Shown: positions 1-12,000 of the stretch, in pieces
Layout of the letters: each line of letters starts with the position of its first letter
How positions within the stretch are numbered: position 1 is the first letter of the stretch
DNA from: Tubulanus polymorphus
Taxonomy: Eukaryota > Animalia > Nemertea
Length of the DNA: 64,000 nucleotides
NCBI RefSeq assembly: GCF_964204645.1
Contig: NC_134030.1
Span: 10,009,222-10,073,221, forward strand
Direction of reading: 5' to 3'
Notes under the pieces: model-generated
What the model was told of the DNA's origin: nothing
What the model saw: only the letters and a program-made list of their open reading frames with translations
The model's database searches: none
Translations under genes and position numbers: made by a program

Positions 1-445
1 CAGATATTGTTTTCTTGGGGATTCGATAACTTTCGTTAGAAACTTTCTCTCTTCTTAACCCTTTCAGTGCTGACTAATCAATACCCTATAGCTCGGGAAC
101 AATCGATGGTTTATTGATTAAATGATTAAAGAGGCGAATAACATATGAAGAAGTCGATTGGTGACGAGAAAAACGACCGAGCAATACGCACGTTCTTAAA
201 CCAAGTTATGTTATTAATAGACGCAGCTTACTGACGTATAGCTACATACAGCTGACCGCGAGTCTCGCGGTCGCATACGCAATCGTGTTTACACGTCTGG
301 ATTGGCTCGCGCCACACCTGGCGATTTCTTGTCAAGGTCGAGGTCGAGTTTGTTTATCAGCAGAGTAGACATAGTTACGTAAAATGTCTGGACTACGGCA
401 TAGTGTATACCAACGCCACCTGGCGAATAAGTAGCCAGCTTCACA

Positions 446-860
446 TTTTGAATCGGGAGCTGAACCAGTAGCCGGCTCCCGGTTCCCGGTTCCCGATTCG
501 GCTCCCGGTTCAACAGCATTTGAATCGGGAGCTGAACCAGTAGCCGGCTCCCGGTTCCCGGTTCCCGATTCGGCTCCCGGTTCAACAGCATTTTGAATCG
601 GGAGCTGAACCAGTAGCCGGCTCCCGGTTCCCGGTTCCCGATTCGGCTCCCGGTTCAACAGCATTTTGAATCGGGAGCTGAACCAGAAGCCGGCTCCCGG
701 TTCCCGGTTCCCGATTCGGCTCCCGGTTCAAAAGCATTTTGAATCGGGAGCTGAACCAGTAGCCGGCTCCCGGTTCCCGGTTCCCGATTCGGCTCCCGGT
801 TCAAAAGCATTTTGAATCGGGAGCTGAATAAGGAACCGGGAACCGGGAGCCAGCTTCACA
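446..860. repeat. GC/CpG-rich tandem minisatellite, 72-73 bp unit, 5 full copies plus a partial
   Basis: Unit TTTTGAATCGGGAGCTGAACCAGTAGCCGGCTCCCGGTTCCCGGTTCCCGATTCGGCTCCCGGTTCAACAGCA starts at about 446, 519, 591, 664, 737 and 810. A 13-bp direct repeat AGCCAGCTTCACA brackets it at 433-445 and 848-860. Confidence 0.95.
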
Positions 861-1278
861 GGGGTGCAGGAGTTGGGAAAATGAACATTGCTGCAGAGTT
901 CTGATACCACCACACAAAACCAGTCAGTCCCGCTTTCCAAACAAATCTAACCGGGCCGGATTCAGTGCGTTTTTGCAGAGCGGACTAGCAACACTAGCTT
1001 TTAACTGAAAAAAAATCAATTGGTTCCTATTTTCTAGAAGCTATCAATGAAAGTTATCTATTCGAAAAGAACTTCTGGATAAACACTATCGAGATCTGAT
1101 GAACCGCTGCCCGAGTAGTACCCAGTCGCACTTCTGGCGGCCCGCACAGGTGCCGGACCGGTGCCCGCGGATCAGATGAAAGCCGAGGCCACTGGGCGAT
1201 TTCGTCGGCGGACGAAATTGCCCAGTGTGTCTTCGGCTTCGGGACAGACATACTCAAAATCAATAAAAGTATGGCCTT

Positions 1279-1419
1279 CTCTTTCGGTCTTTTAGACCTT
1301 TTGAGCACTGGAATTCCACGTATATCCCACCTCTTTCGGTCTTTAGACCTTTTTTGAGCACTGGAATTCCACGTATATCCCACCTCTTTCGGTCTTTTAG
1401 ACCTTTTGAGCACTGGAAT
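1279..1419. repeat. Tandem repeat, 52-53 bp unit, about 2.7 copies
   Basis: CTCTTTCGGTCTTT(T)AGACCTTTT(TT)GAGCACTGGAATTCCACGTATATCCCAC starts at 1279, 1331 and 1384. Confidence 0.9.
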
Positions 1420-1770
1420 ATACGGCGTGGAATTCAGGGCCCGAGACCGGCAGCGCCCCGTGGCGCGGCGTGCGCGACGCCCGGCCACCAGAGATGTCTG
1501 ATAAATCGAAATATTTTGCAACAAAACCATAGAAATAATAAAACTTTTATCTCTTAAGTCACTTTTTTTGTATTATGTGATATTATCGCTTTTCCCCAGC
1601 CCACGCTTCGTAGCAATAACGTTTTATTGAATTGAATTGTTGATGCCGAAGCCGTGTTTTACTTGATTTGAATTGTGTTGAGTATTCAATACAATTCAAT
1701 TCTCAACATTTCAAGGTCGTAGAGTTTAAAATTGCTGTGTAAAGAAAAAATTTTCAATCGCGGCGAAAAA

Positions 1771-4700
1771 ATGCCTGGACTCGTGGATGAGACGAAATGC
1801 AAATTGAAGGAGCTAATGAACAAAAAGGAATCGATTGAAAGTGATATCAAAGAATTAAGTGAGGTTTTAGAGACGGTAAGTAGCCATGGTTGGTAGGAGC
1901 TAGTTAGTTACCTAATCCAAATCGTTGTTGGTGGTAGCTTTTTATAATCGGATGGCTTATAGTTATACCATCTGTGGTTTGTGAAAATATCCGATCGTGA
2001 AACTACACACAGGGGTCGAACTGCAGTTTGGGTCACCTATCCACTGGGTGGCGCTAGTGTTATTAAAGAATAGTGTTAGTTATGGTAAGGTTAGGTACAT
2101 AACCGACCATTTAGGGACACCTAAACTGCAGTCATACCTAAAATACTAACTTTTGGGCACAGTAGACATAGGCCTAGTAGGAAAATTGTCGGACTTAAAA
2201 TAGTGATGATTATTGTCCATTTTGCAGCAACAGAATGTTGGTATGGATGGACCATTAGTCAATGAAGAAAGATATCCCAGATCGGATATCGACGTGTATT
2301 CGGTACGCCATGCGAGACACCAAATAATATGTACGTATCAACCGATTGTTAAAATAGTGAGTACAGTGGAACCTCATCCCAAAGAACTGCAGGTCGAGAG
2401 AATCTGTTGTTGATCTAGCATCTTATGTCTATTTCAACGTAGCTTTAGAAGGCCATCAATGATTTATACATCACACTGCCGTGTAGTCAGTAACCTGTCT
2501 GTGGTTTAGTTTCACGATCGGATATTTTCGCAAACCACAGTTGGTATAAGCCCATCCGATTATAAAAAGCTTACCACCAACGATTAGGTAAATAACAAAC
2601 TGCCGTGTAGAGGCACTGAAAGGGTTAAAGTTAAGCAGTGGATAGTTGACATACTGATAACCAGAAGTTCATTGTCACCATTGATAGAACACTGTGGGGT
2701 CATTCATTTATTACGTACGCATTAGGGGAGGGGGAGGGGTCAATGCAATTGCATACTGTAATGCTTAATTTATATGAAAAAATAGCCGCTTTTGTGTACA
2801 TGGGGGGAGGGGGGTTGAAAAATTCAAATATTATGTGTACGTAATAAATGAATGAGCCCACAGGGGTTTGACGCTACTAGAAAAGCGTGACGACCGTCTG
2901 ATAATGATTGTTACGGACCAATTGTTTATCGAAACTTTATAGCGGATAAATAAACAATATAAACACAAGGTATTTCCGTGATATTTTGAATTTATTCGCA
3001 GTTCATATTTAGCGCCATTCTCGCGAGATTATCAACAACCCGGAAATAAAATCCAAGCCCATCGTCAAACCCCTGTGAATGAGCCCTGTCCGTGTTGTGA
3101 CGATGATATAAGAGAAATTCAAAAGTTAAATAGAGAATAAAAGTCCATTGTAATTATGGTATTCATCCATTTGTTATCTTTAACCAACTGGCCGATGGGA
3201 TTCAGACTCATTGGAATTATAATGCATATTGAATATATTGAATTCTTACATATGATACATGTAATAATGATAATATATTTTCTTATATAGCGTGGTTATA
3301 AAATCTTAACCACTGCGCTTAACATTCTAAAACTGCATTATAAAAAGTACAAGTTAGAAAATTGATCACCATAGGTGTTAGTAATAAAAAGAAAAGTTCT
3401 CAACAATGCAGGTTTGAGGGCAGAGACAGATGCAGACTCTCTTATGCTATGAGGTAGTTCATTCCAAAGGGTAGGAGCTAAATAGTAAAATGACCTCCCA
3501 CCAAAAACCTTTTTTTGGCATAGATTTAATTAAAATTGTGGAATCGTTACCTCACCGGTATGAAATTTTCAGTTTGCAAAATTCGGATTAATTGTCGTGA
3601 TCCGAGTTCCTTCTACAATGAGGTTCCGCGGTACAGTCACAAGTTGTGAGGTATTTTTTGGTGTCGTAACAGATTTTTTTTTATTTCCGCGAAAAAAGGT
3701 CTGCAAAACGATTTGAAAGCCGTCATGAAAGAAATCGAAGAAAATCTTCACAAACTTCACGCGGAAGCGAGAGAAAAGACGGTGGATAGCGGGGAAGAGC
3801 AGCGGATGGAGATCGGGGCATCGTCGCAGGATTTAAATGCATTCGCTCGCGTCGATAGAGTGGATGAAGGATCGCCTGCCTCTCAATCGGTTAGTGCTTC
3901 GGTGTCAAACTTGTTGTTAGTTGCTCATTAGTTTTTCCGATGATTAAACCAGTCAATTTGAGGCAGATCAGGGGCGGATCGAGGAAAATTGAGGGGCCGA
4001 GGTCCAAAAGGAATTTTCAGGTAAAGCAGCCATTTCATATCAGGATCCCACCCTTTTAAATGTGTCCGAAAATACGCAATTTCCGAAAAGATGAGTGTAA
4101 AATTTGCAGGTTTTAAATATCTTTTACTTGATGAAGAAAAGGGTGACCTCAATGGGAAGGCAGGAGTCCAGACCCCTGAGACCACCCTCTAAATCCGCCC
4201 CTGCAGATTTTCAGATGGGGCTTCTCTGCTGAAAAATTTTGAAAATCTATCTATTAGTCTCATTTTCATGGATGCAGAGCGTTTTAGGCACTGATCAACA
4301 TCCGGATTAATTCAATCGGTCTCAAGTTGTTAATATTGAGCTGGGTCTACCTTATTATTGTTAAGTTTAAAGCTTGTCCATCTGTTCCTTATTATACTTT
4401 GTTCGTTCGTATTTCTTTTAGGGTTTGCGAGTAGATGACAAGCTTCTCGAATTCGGATCGGTTAATTCTACGAATTTCCAAAGCCTACAAAATGTGGCTA
4501 CGGTGGTTCAACATGGCAAAGGGGTACGTAAATAGAAAGTCTTAATACATACTTATGCAAAATGTGAAATTAAATGCTGTATCCTTGATATGATTATTGC
4601 GATTCAATTATTACAGCGACCTCTTAACGTGACTGTGATACGCAATACTGAAGTGGTTCACCTGGCTTTGACTCCAAACACTTGGACTGGACGTGGTTTA

Positions 4701-5221
4701 TTGGGGTATGTAAAAGGTTTTGGCCCATTAGCGGTCTGAAACACAAACTACAGTCTACCCTTTAGACATTCACACCATTATTGCCATTAATAACCATGTA
4801 CTCCGCTAGATTTGACTTAAGTTATTGACGGTTTCTCTTCAACTTGACTGGTAGACTGAATCTATCTCAGCATTTCAGAGTTATCGGTTATAAACAAAAT
4901 CCACACAGTTGATGATTTTACAATTCGTTTTCAGACATTTTCCCGTTTTCACTATACTTCATCATCAGATAAAATAAAAATAAAATCATAATGGTATACA
5001 GTAGTTAGAAATATAGACTATGGAAGTATAAAGACATTTTCTCTCAGAGCGGGAAGTGTATTTTGACAAATATAACCTACCAACAGATTGCATCATTTAT
5101 GAAAAAGCGATTATTACAGGCTGGCCAAAGTGCCCCTTGGAACTCTTGTCTCTTCAACAACTTACTGTGTATATTAATTATTTCCTATTTCAGATGTAAC
5201 ATCGTACCCATTACAAGGTGA
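1771..5221 (+). CDS. PSMD9: 26S proteasome non-ATPase regulatory subunit 9 (p27/Nas2 PDZ assembly chaperone), 6 exons, 205 aa
   Basis: Exons 1771-1875, 2228-2330, 3699-3889, 4422-4523, 4617-4705, 5194-5221 (618 nt, all GT-AG, phases consistent). Peptides include [55 protein letters not shown] region [31 protein letters not shown] and C-terminal [21 protein letters not shown]. Confidence 0.95.
2697..3087. mobile_element. MITE (GGGTCATTCATTTATTACGTAC termini) with a second MITE (2859-3077) nested in its right terminus
   Basis: Outer TIRs GGGTCATTCATTTATTACGTAC / GTACGTAATAAATGAATGAGCCC. Inner element CACAGGGGTTTGACG...CGTCAAACCCCTGTG is flanked by the 8-bp TSD AATGAGCC (2851-2858, 3078-3085). 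Confidence 0.8.
3969..4203. mobile_element. Non-autonomous DNA transposon, CAGGGGCGGAT...ATCCGCCCCTG termini, 5-bp TSD (hAT5-like)
   Basis: TIRs visible; TSD CAGAT at 3964-3968 and 4204-4208; related copy at 53054-53298. Confidence 0.8.
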
Positions 5222-6095
5222 ATTCAATGAAGAAAAATCTTCTCCCCAAGATTGACAATTTATTCTGTAAATCTATTCAATTAACTTATATTAAAGCCAT
5301 GATCATTTCGTTTTATAAAACACGAATCTTGTTTTTATTATTGGACAGTAAGGTGGAAATCTGATCAAAATTTGTTAACCCGCTACTGCCCGTTTTACTA
5401 TAGGTTCTTACTGGAGTTATTTCTATGTCACTTGTACTGGTCTTTAGCTGTGTGTTGAGCCTGGTCCCAGATAAGACCAGCTGAAGACAGTTCAGTGGTG
5501 ATGATGCGTCTCCATGTGGTTTTGAGGGGGCCACGCCTACATCTACCCAGGAGGGGTCGCCATCTCTGTGCAATTTTTGGGATACGGGACTGACTCATCC
5601 TGAGGATGGTCCGAACCAGTTCAGTCTTCTACGCTCAATTTCAACTTATAGACTTAGGCTATAGTATTGGTCATTCTGAACAAATTCAAATTGGTTATCC
5701 TGTTGGGCCAGAATAGGTGACATGTTTTTCAAAGGCATCGATTGTGGAAGGCGTCAAGTTTGTCCGTGTCACTTTTGATGATTCGCCAACATTCCGCTCC
5801 TTAAAGAAAAACTGACTGCATATTGCTGTTACACAACCTCTTTTGTCTTGCGACTGTACAGCTGGGTGTTTAGAGACTAAGAAGACCCAAAATCAGTTAA
5901 AGATATCTTTCTTCATACTTTCCATACGATATAATTTATTTTAAATTTACATGCATTATCATTATTTTTAATTTAGTAGCCTAGTTTCAAAGCAACAATT
6001 CCATTCATTAACATACCAGTAGTGAAAACTTTAAATATTCAAAAAAGTCACTCAAAAACAATAAGATTCAAAAATACATGTATTCTGAGCACATA

Positions 6096-9000
6096 TTAAT
6101 TCAAGACTAGTTTTTCCAATTCTTGCAGGTCATTTACTGGCAATGAACAAGTAAAGTTTTCGCACACGTAAGCCGTAGGTTTCCCTTCTTTTTGCGACAA
6201 ATGCTGCAGAATATCGAGTCTTTCGTAGAGAAAATTCTCCTCTGCGCCGTTCGCCAATATTACGATTTTATTCGGTAAGAAGTGCGAACCGATCAAATTG
6301 ACCATCGCTTGCGTTTCTTCGTCCTCTCGCTTACCGACGATAATAATCTGAAAACGTCGGACATAAATATGGGCATATGGAAAAAGAATCTACGTGAGTA
6401 CCTCGCACGCAGGTGGAACCACCAGGAATTTAAAATAGTTATATAGTTATTAGGTACAGAAATTATAAGTAGGGAATAATTTGGTCAAAGGAATGCGATC
6501 AACAGGATGTGGGGGTTTGAGTAAGCAGGATCTGTGTGGACCGTGATGGAAACCAGATGTTGGCTGCATCACAAGATCCTCCAGACATTAGAAAGAGATT
6601 AGAGGGACAAAGGGAGTCGAGCTAGAGATCTTGTAGAGGCAAGATGTATATTAGAGCCTCGACATTTCTGTAAGAATATCATCAAGAATGAAATATATCA
6701 TATTAAGAACAGAGTTTTGTTATGAGAATCTAAGGATCCAAGCCAACTACATCTCATGAATGGACCAGGGACATCAAGAATCCTCGGCCAAAACACAACA
6801 ATAGGAGGGGTCCCAAATTTCCTAGGCTAAGTCGTGTATACATTATGGTAGATGATTATTGCAAGCGCTGTTCGTGAAATTCCCCAAGAAAATTTTCTGA
6901 GCATCCAGAGTGATTCTAGAACAAGATTACTGTGCAATTATGTTATCCCGGCAAAAAATAAGGGGGACGGCCCCTTAATTCACCCCTGGCTCATTGTGAC
7001 AGGGTACCAGACCTCATTATAGAAATAATCATCAAAATTCCCCAAATAAATGAGCAAGTATTTCATTGATTTCAGGAATCCGAGAATACTATATCATGAA
7101 TTCAATTATAACTTTTCAACATTTCAATTAAAAATTCATTATCGACCTCAAACAGTGACCAGCCTACAGACTAACCACGTAAAAATATAAATACATAGGT
7201 ACCTGTTTTGGAGAGCCGAGGAAAGAAATCAGTCCGCACATCATTTCTGGCACAGCCATTGGAATTTTTTCGAGTCGATCGCCGTACAATTTGAGCATCT
7301 TTTCTGCTTTCGCGAGAAGGTCTTTTCTGTCGAGCAAGTTACCGAGGCGAACCAGATTTCCAGTGGCGACGGAATTGGCGCAGGGTTCCGCACCATCTTG
7401 ATCTTTAACGACAACATTTTTTAGATATAATGACAATTTAGTAGCTGGGATAATTTGGTATATATCATATCGCTTCTGGCAATTGTTACTAAAACTATGC
7501 ACTACTAAAAGGAAGCAACCCCTTTTAAATGTTATGGCATACTTGCTTACCACGGTTCTCCTATTTTCAATTTTAGGTTACATGCCTAATGTCTTACTCA
7601 GGGTTCATAGTTGTCAGGCCTTGGTTAAAATCAACAATTACGTATCATCATCAGTGAAAATCAATATTCTTTTTATCAAATACGCAAGCCATCAACAACT
7701 GTCACGCCGAAACTTGAGTCGCATACTACACATTTGATAACAAACGTAATGAAAAGGCTTTGTCGATTGTATTGATAATTGGCACTTAATATGTACTTTA
7801 ACGGGCCTACATTGCTTGTTCTAGGTCGGCGATGTGTAACTTAAGGGTGGGGAAAATGAAATTGGGAAACCTGTATCAACCCTGGAACATGTATCTTGAA
7901 TCTAACTAGTCGAAATAAATAATTTGTTAGGCCACACCAAAAAAAAAATCATGTTTCTCGTGCTGGGCAATCACCAAAATGGGTAGGTCGGTAGGGAATT
8001 TTTAAGGAAGGGAATCAAGTCGTCTTGGTGCCGACATCACGATTTCACGAAAAAGAAAAAATATTTACGAGAATGAAGAGCTTTGTAGTCGGTCGGCCAC
8101 TTATATATTTTTGAAAATAGTTATTTCATCCACAATTTTGAAATAGGGTCAGTAGGCAATTTTATTTTATTTCGAAAATAATTATTTGAAATGACGAAAT
8201 ATTGGGTCGGTCAGGCCCAAGAAACAGGGTTTTCTTTTGGTGTGGCCTTACCGTCTTTCATTCGAAGAACGAGCGATTTATCGGCTAATCCCGTGCTGAA
8301 GTAAGCACCATTCGAAGTATCCCAGAAAATATCATCCTGCATTTCTTGTAATTCTTCGGCCCATTTCAACAGACGACTGTCGAAGTTAGACTCGTAGAGA
8401 TCTAGCAACCCGTGGATTAGAAACGTGTAATCGTCCACAAATCCTTCTATTGGTTCCGCCCTGAAAACATGATGCATTCTCATGAGTACAGGTCGATGTA
8501 ATCTGGTTCATAAAGGGTCTGGGCTTATATGAAATTCCAAATTACCGAGCAATATTTTTCATGCTTTTTACTGGAACAAATATTGGTCCACTGACAAGTG
8601 CTAGTTTGGGAAGGTAGAGTTGACTCATTCAAAACAATCTACAATTCGACTAATATTTCAACTTGACTTGAAAGTAAATCAGGTAGCCTAGCTTAGTCAG
8701 TTTTGATGGAACATGCCAATAAAAGTCTTATTAGGATAAGAAAAGACTGGCACTTGAACTAAAACATCGTTTTTTAACCCATTTCAAACTGTATTGAAGG
8801 ACACCAAAAAGTCTTCATTGAAATGGGTTAGATAAAGAAAAGTGACTCCCATTTTGAGGTATGTACTACCAAAAATAACTGAGCTAGGCGACCGGATGTG
8901 CTCTCAAGTCAAGTTACTTCAGACTTGATTGAATGAACCAAATTCTTCATAATTCCGTAATTCATTAAAATTAAATGCTATTCAAGGCCTTAAAAAGATT

Positions 9001-12000
9001 TTCTCAATTCACAGCTATTTCTCACTTCGAACGCATGTAAATAGCCCTCTACGATACGGACGTTACTACGAAAAACAACGTTTCCTTCGACGATCTCGTA
9101 ACTTACAAATGAACGATGTTTCCATCCTGGTCGCAGTAACAACTTCGTAAAAGTCTCTTCGTTTCGTCGTCGTACAAATGACGATGCACAAATTCGGCGG
9201 CTAACTCGGCTCGATTAGTGTACTCTTCACGCGAAAACGCTTGACCACATTTAGCGAATGCCGATATCATCAGACCTTGAACGAGACAGAGACGGATATA
9301 GATTTTTTTCAACCCTCAACCAGGTGAGGTCGTGTTCGATGTTTCTTTGATTCCAATTAAGGGGATTTGAGAGGCTTCGCACCCATGAAGCCTCGATTGA
9401 TGGCGGCTTTAAACCTGCTGGCCCCTACACCTCTCTCACTGCTTGTTGACCAGTCATAGTAATAAGCGCTCATAATTATAGCCATAGTAATATGTGTACC
9501 GCCATTACATTGATGACTTGCACTTAGTACCAGCAAATCGAATTGGGACATTAAAATACTAGAGACAAATTCAAGTAATCTGATGACTTTGATAATGATG
9601 ACTTGAGCGTGATTGACTGTAGATTGATTATTCAATGAATAGAAATATCAACATGTGTAATAGGTTTTAGAACAATTCCAGGTAAACGAAGGATTTTCGA
9701 ATCATGATTGTTGAATCCACGACTCAGAATAAATAAGTACCAGTAAATCATTATTATATGTTAACTTATCTCCCCTTCAAAACAAATAAAATCTGATAAA
9801 ACTAAACCGTAGGATCTGATATTTCATACCAGCATTTTGAAATGATTAGAAATAAAAGTACCATTCCAGGCGGTGACGATCTTGTCATCCAGGTGAGGTC
9901 GAGGTCGCTTCAGACGTTCTTTCAGTAAGATCTCTCGACTTGTCTGCAACAGTTCCTTGACTTGATCGACGCCGAGATTAAAATATTCAGCAGTTTCTTC
10001 GACAGTCGACACTTCCATCAATACGTTCTTCAGCCTCAATTCGTCATGAGGATCCTGTCGAGAGAAATTCATTATGAAAACCATAAAACTCGATCTACTC
10101 GAATCGGGTCCATTATCTTATCTTAGTTCCCTCGCCGAGCAAGGTATGCACTTTTTTCCATGAAAATTCCCCGAGTAAATCCGAGGAATTTCTTGGTTTA
10201 AAATGTTTTCCAGGATTTTTCCCAAAAGTGTTCCCTGATTTTTTTCTATATTTTTTCCCTGATTCCCTAAGTTTTTCAGGTTTTCCAGGTCAGTGGCCAT
10301 CCAGCCGAGAATTTGATTTTGATCAGGTAAGGTATCAATCTGCTGCCTGGGCTCCGCCCCATACCTGCATCGGGTCCACATTTCCAGTTTCTTGAACGTC
10401 GTAATGATGTGAAAAAACATCGGCCAGCGGAACATCGACGGACGGTATCTTTTCGGCTAAATGGCGCTGGATTTCGTCGTAAGACCACACGCAAAACGCA
10501 CCTTCTTTTTTCACGGTATCTTCCGCCGTCGGTAAAGAATCCGCATCTTCAGCACTGTAGAAACCTCCTGTCTACAAAGGAACGAGTATCGATCGAGTCA
10601 AAATACGAATAATCTCCAGTTAAACTGGATTAGCCTTATTAAATTCTGCGTTCCGCAGTTGTTCTCTGTCAAAATCTGACTCTTTAACTATCGGTAATTT
10701 AAACTGTAGTCTACAGTTTAAATTACTGATAGTTAGAGTCAAGTTTTGCGAGTCGATACATTCTACAGTAGAATGCATCTTAACCTTAATGTGAAATAAA
10801 TGGAACTGAGCTAAATCTAACTTCGGAGTCAAACTTAAATGAGATCTTTGGAACTGGGTCCCGTCGATATACAATTGCTCACCTTACTACTGAGATCCCT
10901 ATTGACATAATGAAGTATGTCTTGAGCAGTCTCTTTGAAATGAGTATTCTTGGTCAACTGCAATCATCAACAAAACAACTTTCATGTAAATTGAGTATAC
11001 TTAGAGTGGTGATAAATGTCTTAACATATTGTGGTTTTAGTTCATTTTTTCACACCTTCAATTAAGGGCCTGAACACAGTGAAACGAAGCTTCTGACTAT
11101 CAGAATTTGGATAAATAGTGATAATGCATGAGTGTCTGGGTTGCAGGCAGGATAATGATAGAATAAGAATTTGTATTCTAATAGTGTTGGTTTTTTATTT
11201 GGGAGCTAAATTCTGATCAAAAACTGATATAAATGATACATACTTGATAGGCTTCTGCATAGACGACTGCTAATTGAGCCTGGTCGTACAACATTTTCTC
11301 GAAATGGGGCACGTGCCATTCTCCGTCAGTCGAATAACGATGGAAGCCCTGAAAATGAAACGCATATAATACATATTGCGAGTCCTCATAGGCCTCATTC
11401 CGCAGATATAGTCACACTGGCGGATCTAGGCAATCATATGAAATGTCCGTATTGGCCTTAAAATTTTTTTTTGAGTGACCTTTCAACAAATCAACAATCA
11501 ACTTTTAAAGGCTCTTTGTCGAAAGTTCACAATTTTGCAGGAGAAAAATCCGAAAACACATCAGGGTGGCCACTTTCCGCACATATACAAATTACCTGCC
11601 TTTTCCCTGATTTTTCCACCTTATAACACAAAATTCCCTGAGTGAATCCAATAAATTTCTCGTTTTGAAATGTTATATTCTAATCATTTCTTATCATTCT
11701 CATTATTATCTTCAATCATTTCTTAGAATCATATATCCGAATTCCCTGAGTTTGCCAGGTTTTTTTGTGCAAAATTTGTGTTTTCCCAGATTTTCCAGGT
11801 CGGTGGCCAACCTGCACTTTCTGTCAAATCGAAGGCACAATTCTGTTGAAAATATGATACCCGATATTTTTCTGTGCAAGAATGCACACTTCTTATTATC
11901 AATTCACCATAAAAACTCAATACGACCCTCAGATTTGATCACCTGAATCAGCAACTTTCTGAAGCTTACCTGACCGACGTGATCGTGCATGCCGCCTTTA

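Noticed and set aside
446-860. Possible CRISPR array; ORFs 289-591, 332-664 and 728-940
   Set aside because: Units are contiguous and near-identical with no unique spacers, there are no cas genes, and the context is eukaryotic. The ORFs are just translations of the repeat.
1054-1557. 158-aa and 67-aa ORFs upstream of PSMD9
   Set aside because: They run through a tandem repeat and a GC-rich hairpin, with no protein motif.
5586-5628. Hammerhead-like CTGAGGA inside a GACTGA/TCAGTC stem
   Set aside because: No GAAA in the correct position after stem II, and no downstream module.
5219-5640. PSMD9 TGA as selenocysteine with a downstream SECIS
   Set aside because: The TGA falls at the normal PSMD9 C terminus, and no convincing SECIS core was seen.
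6414-6790. Possible CR1/L2 3' fragment in the last SPATA20 intron
   Set aside because: Only faint motif resemblance; too degraded to support without an alignment.
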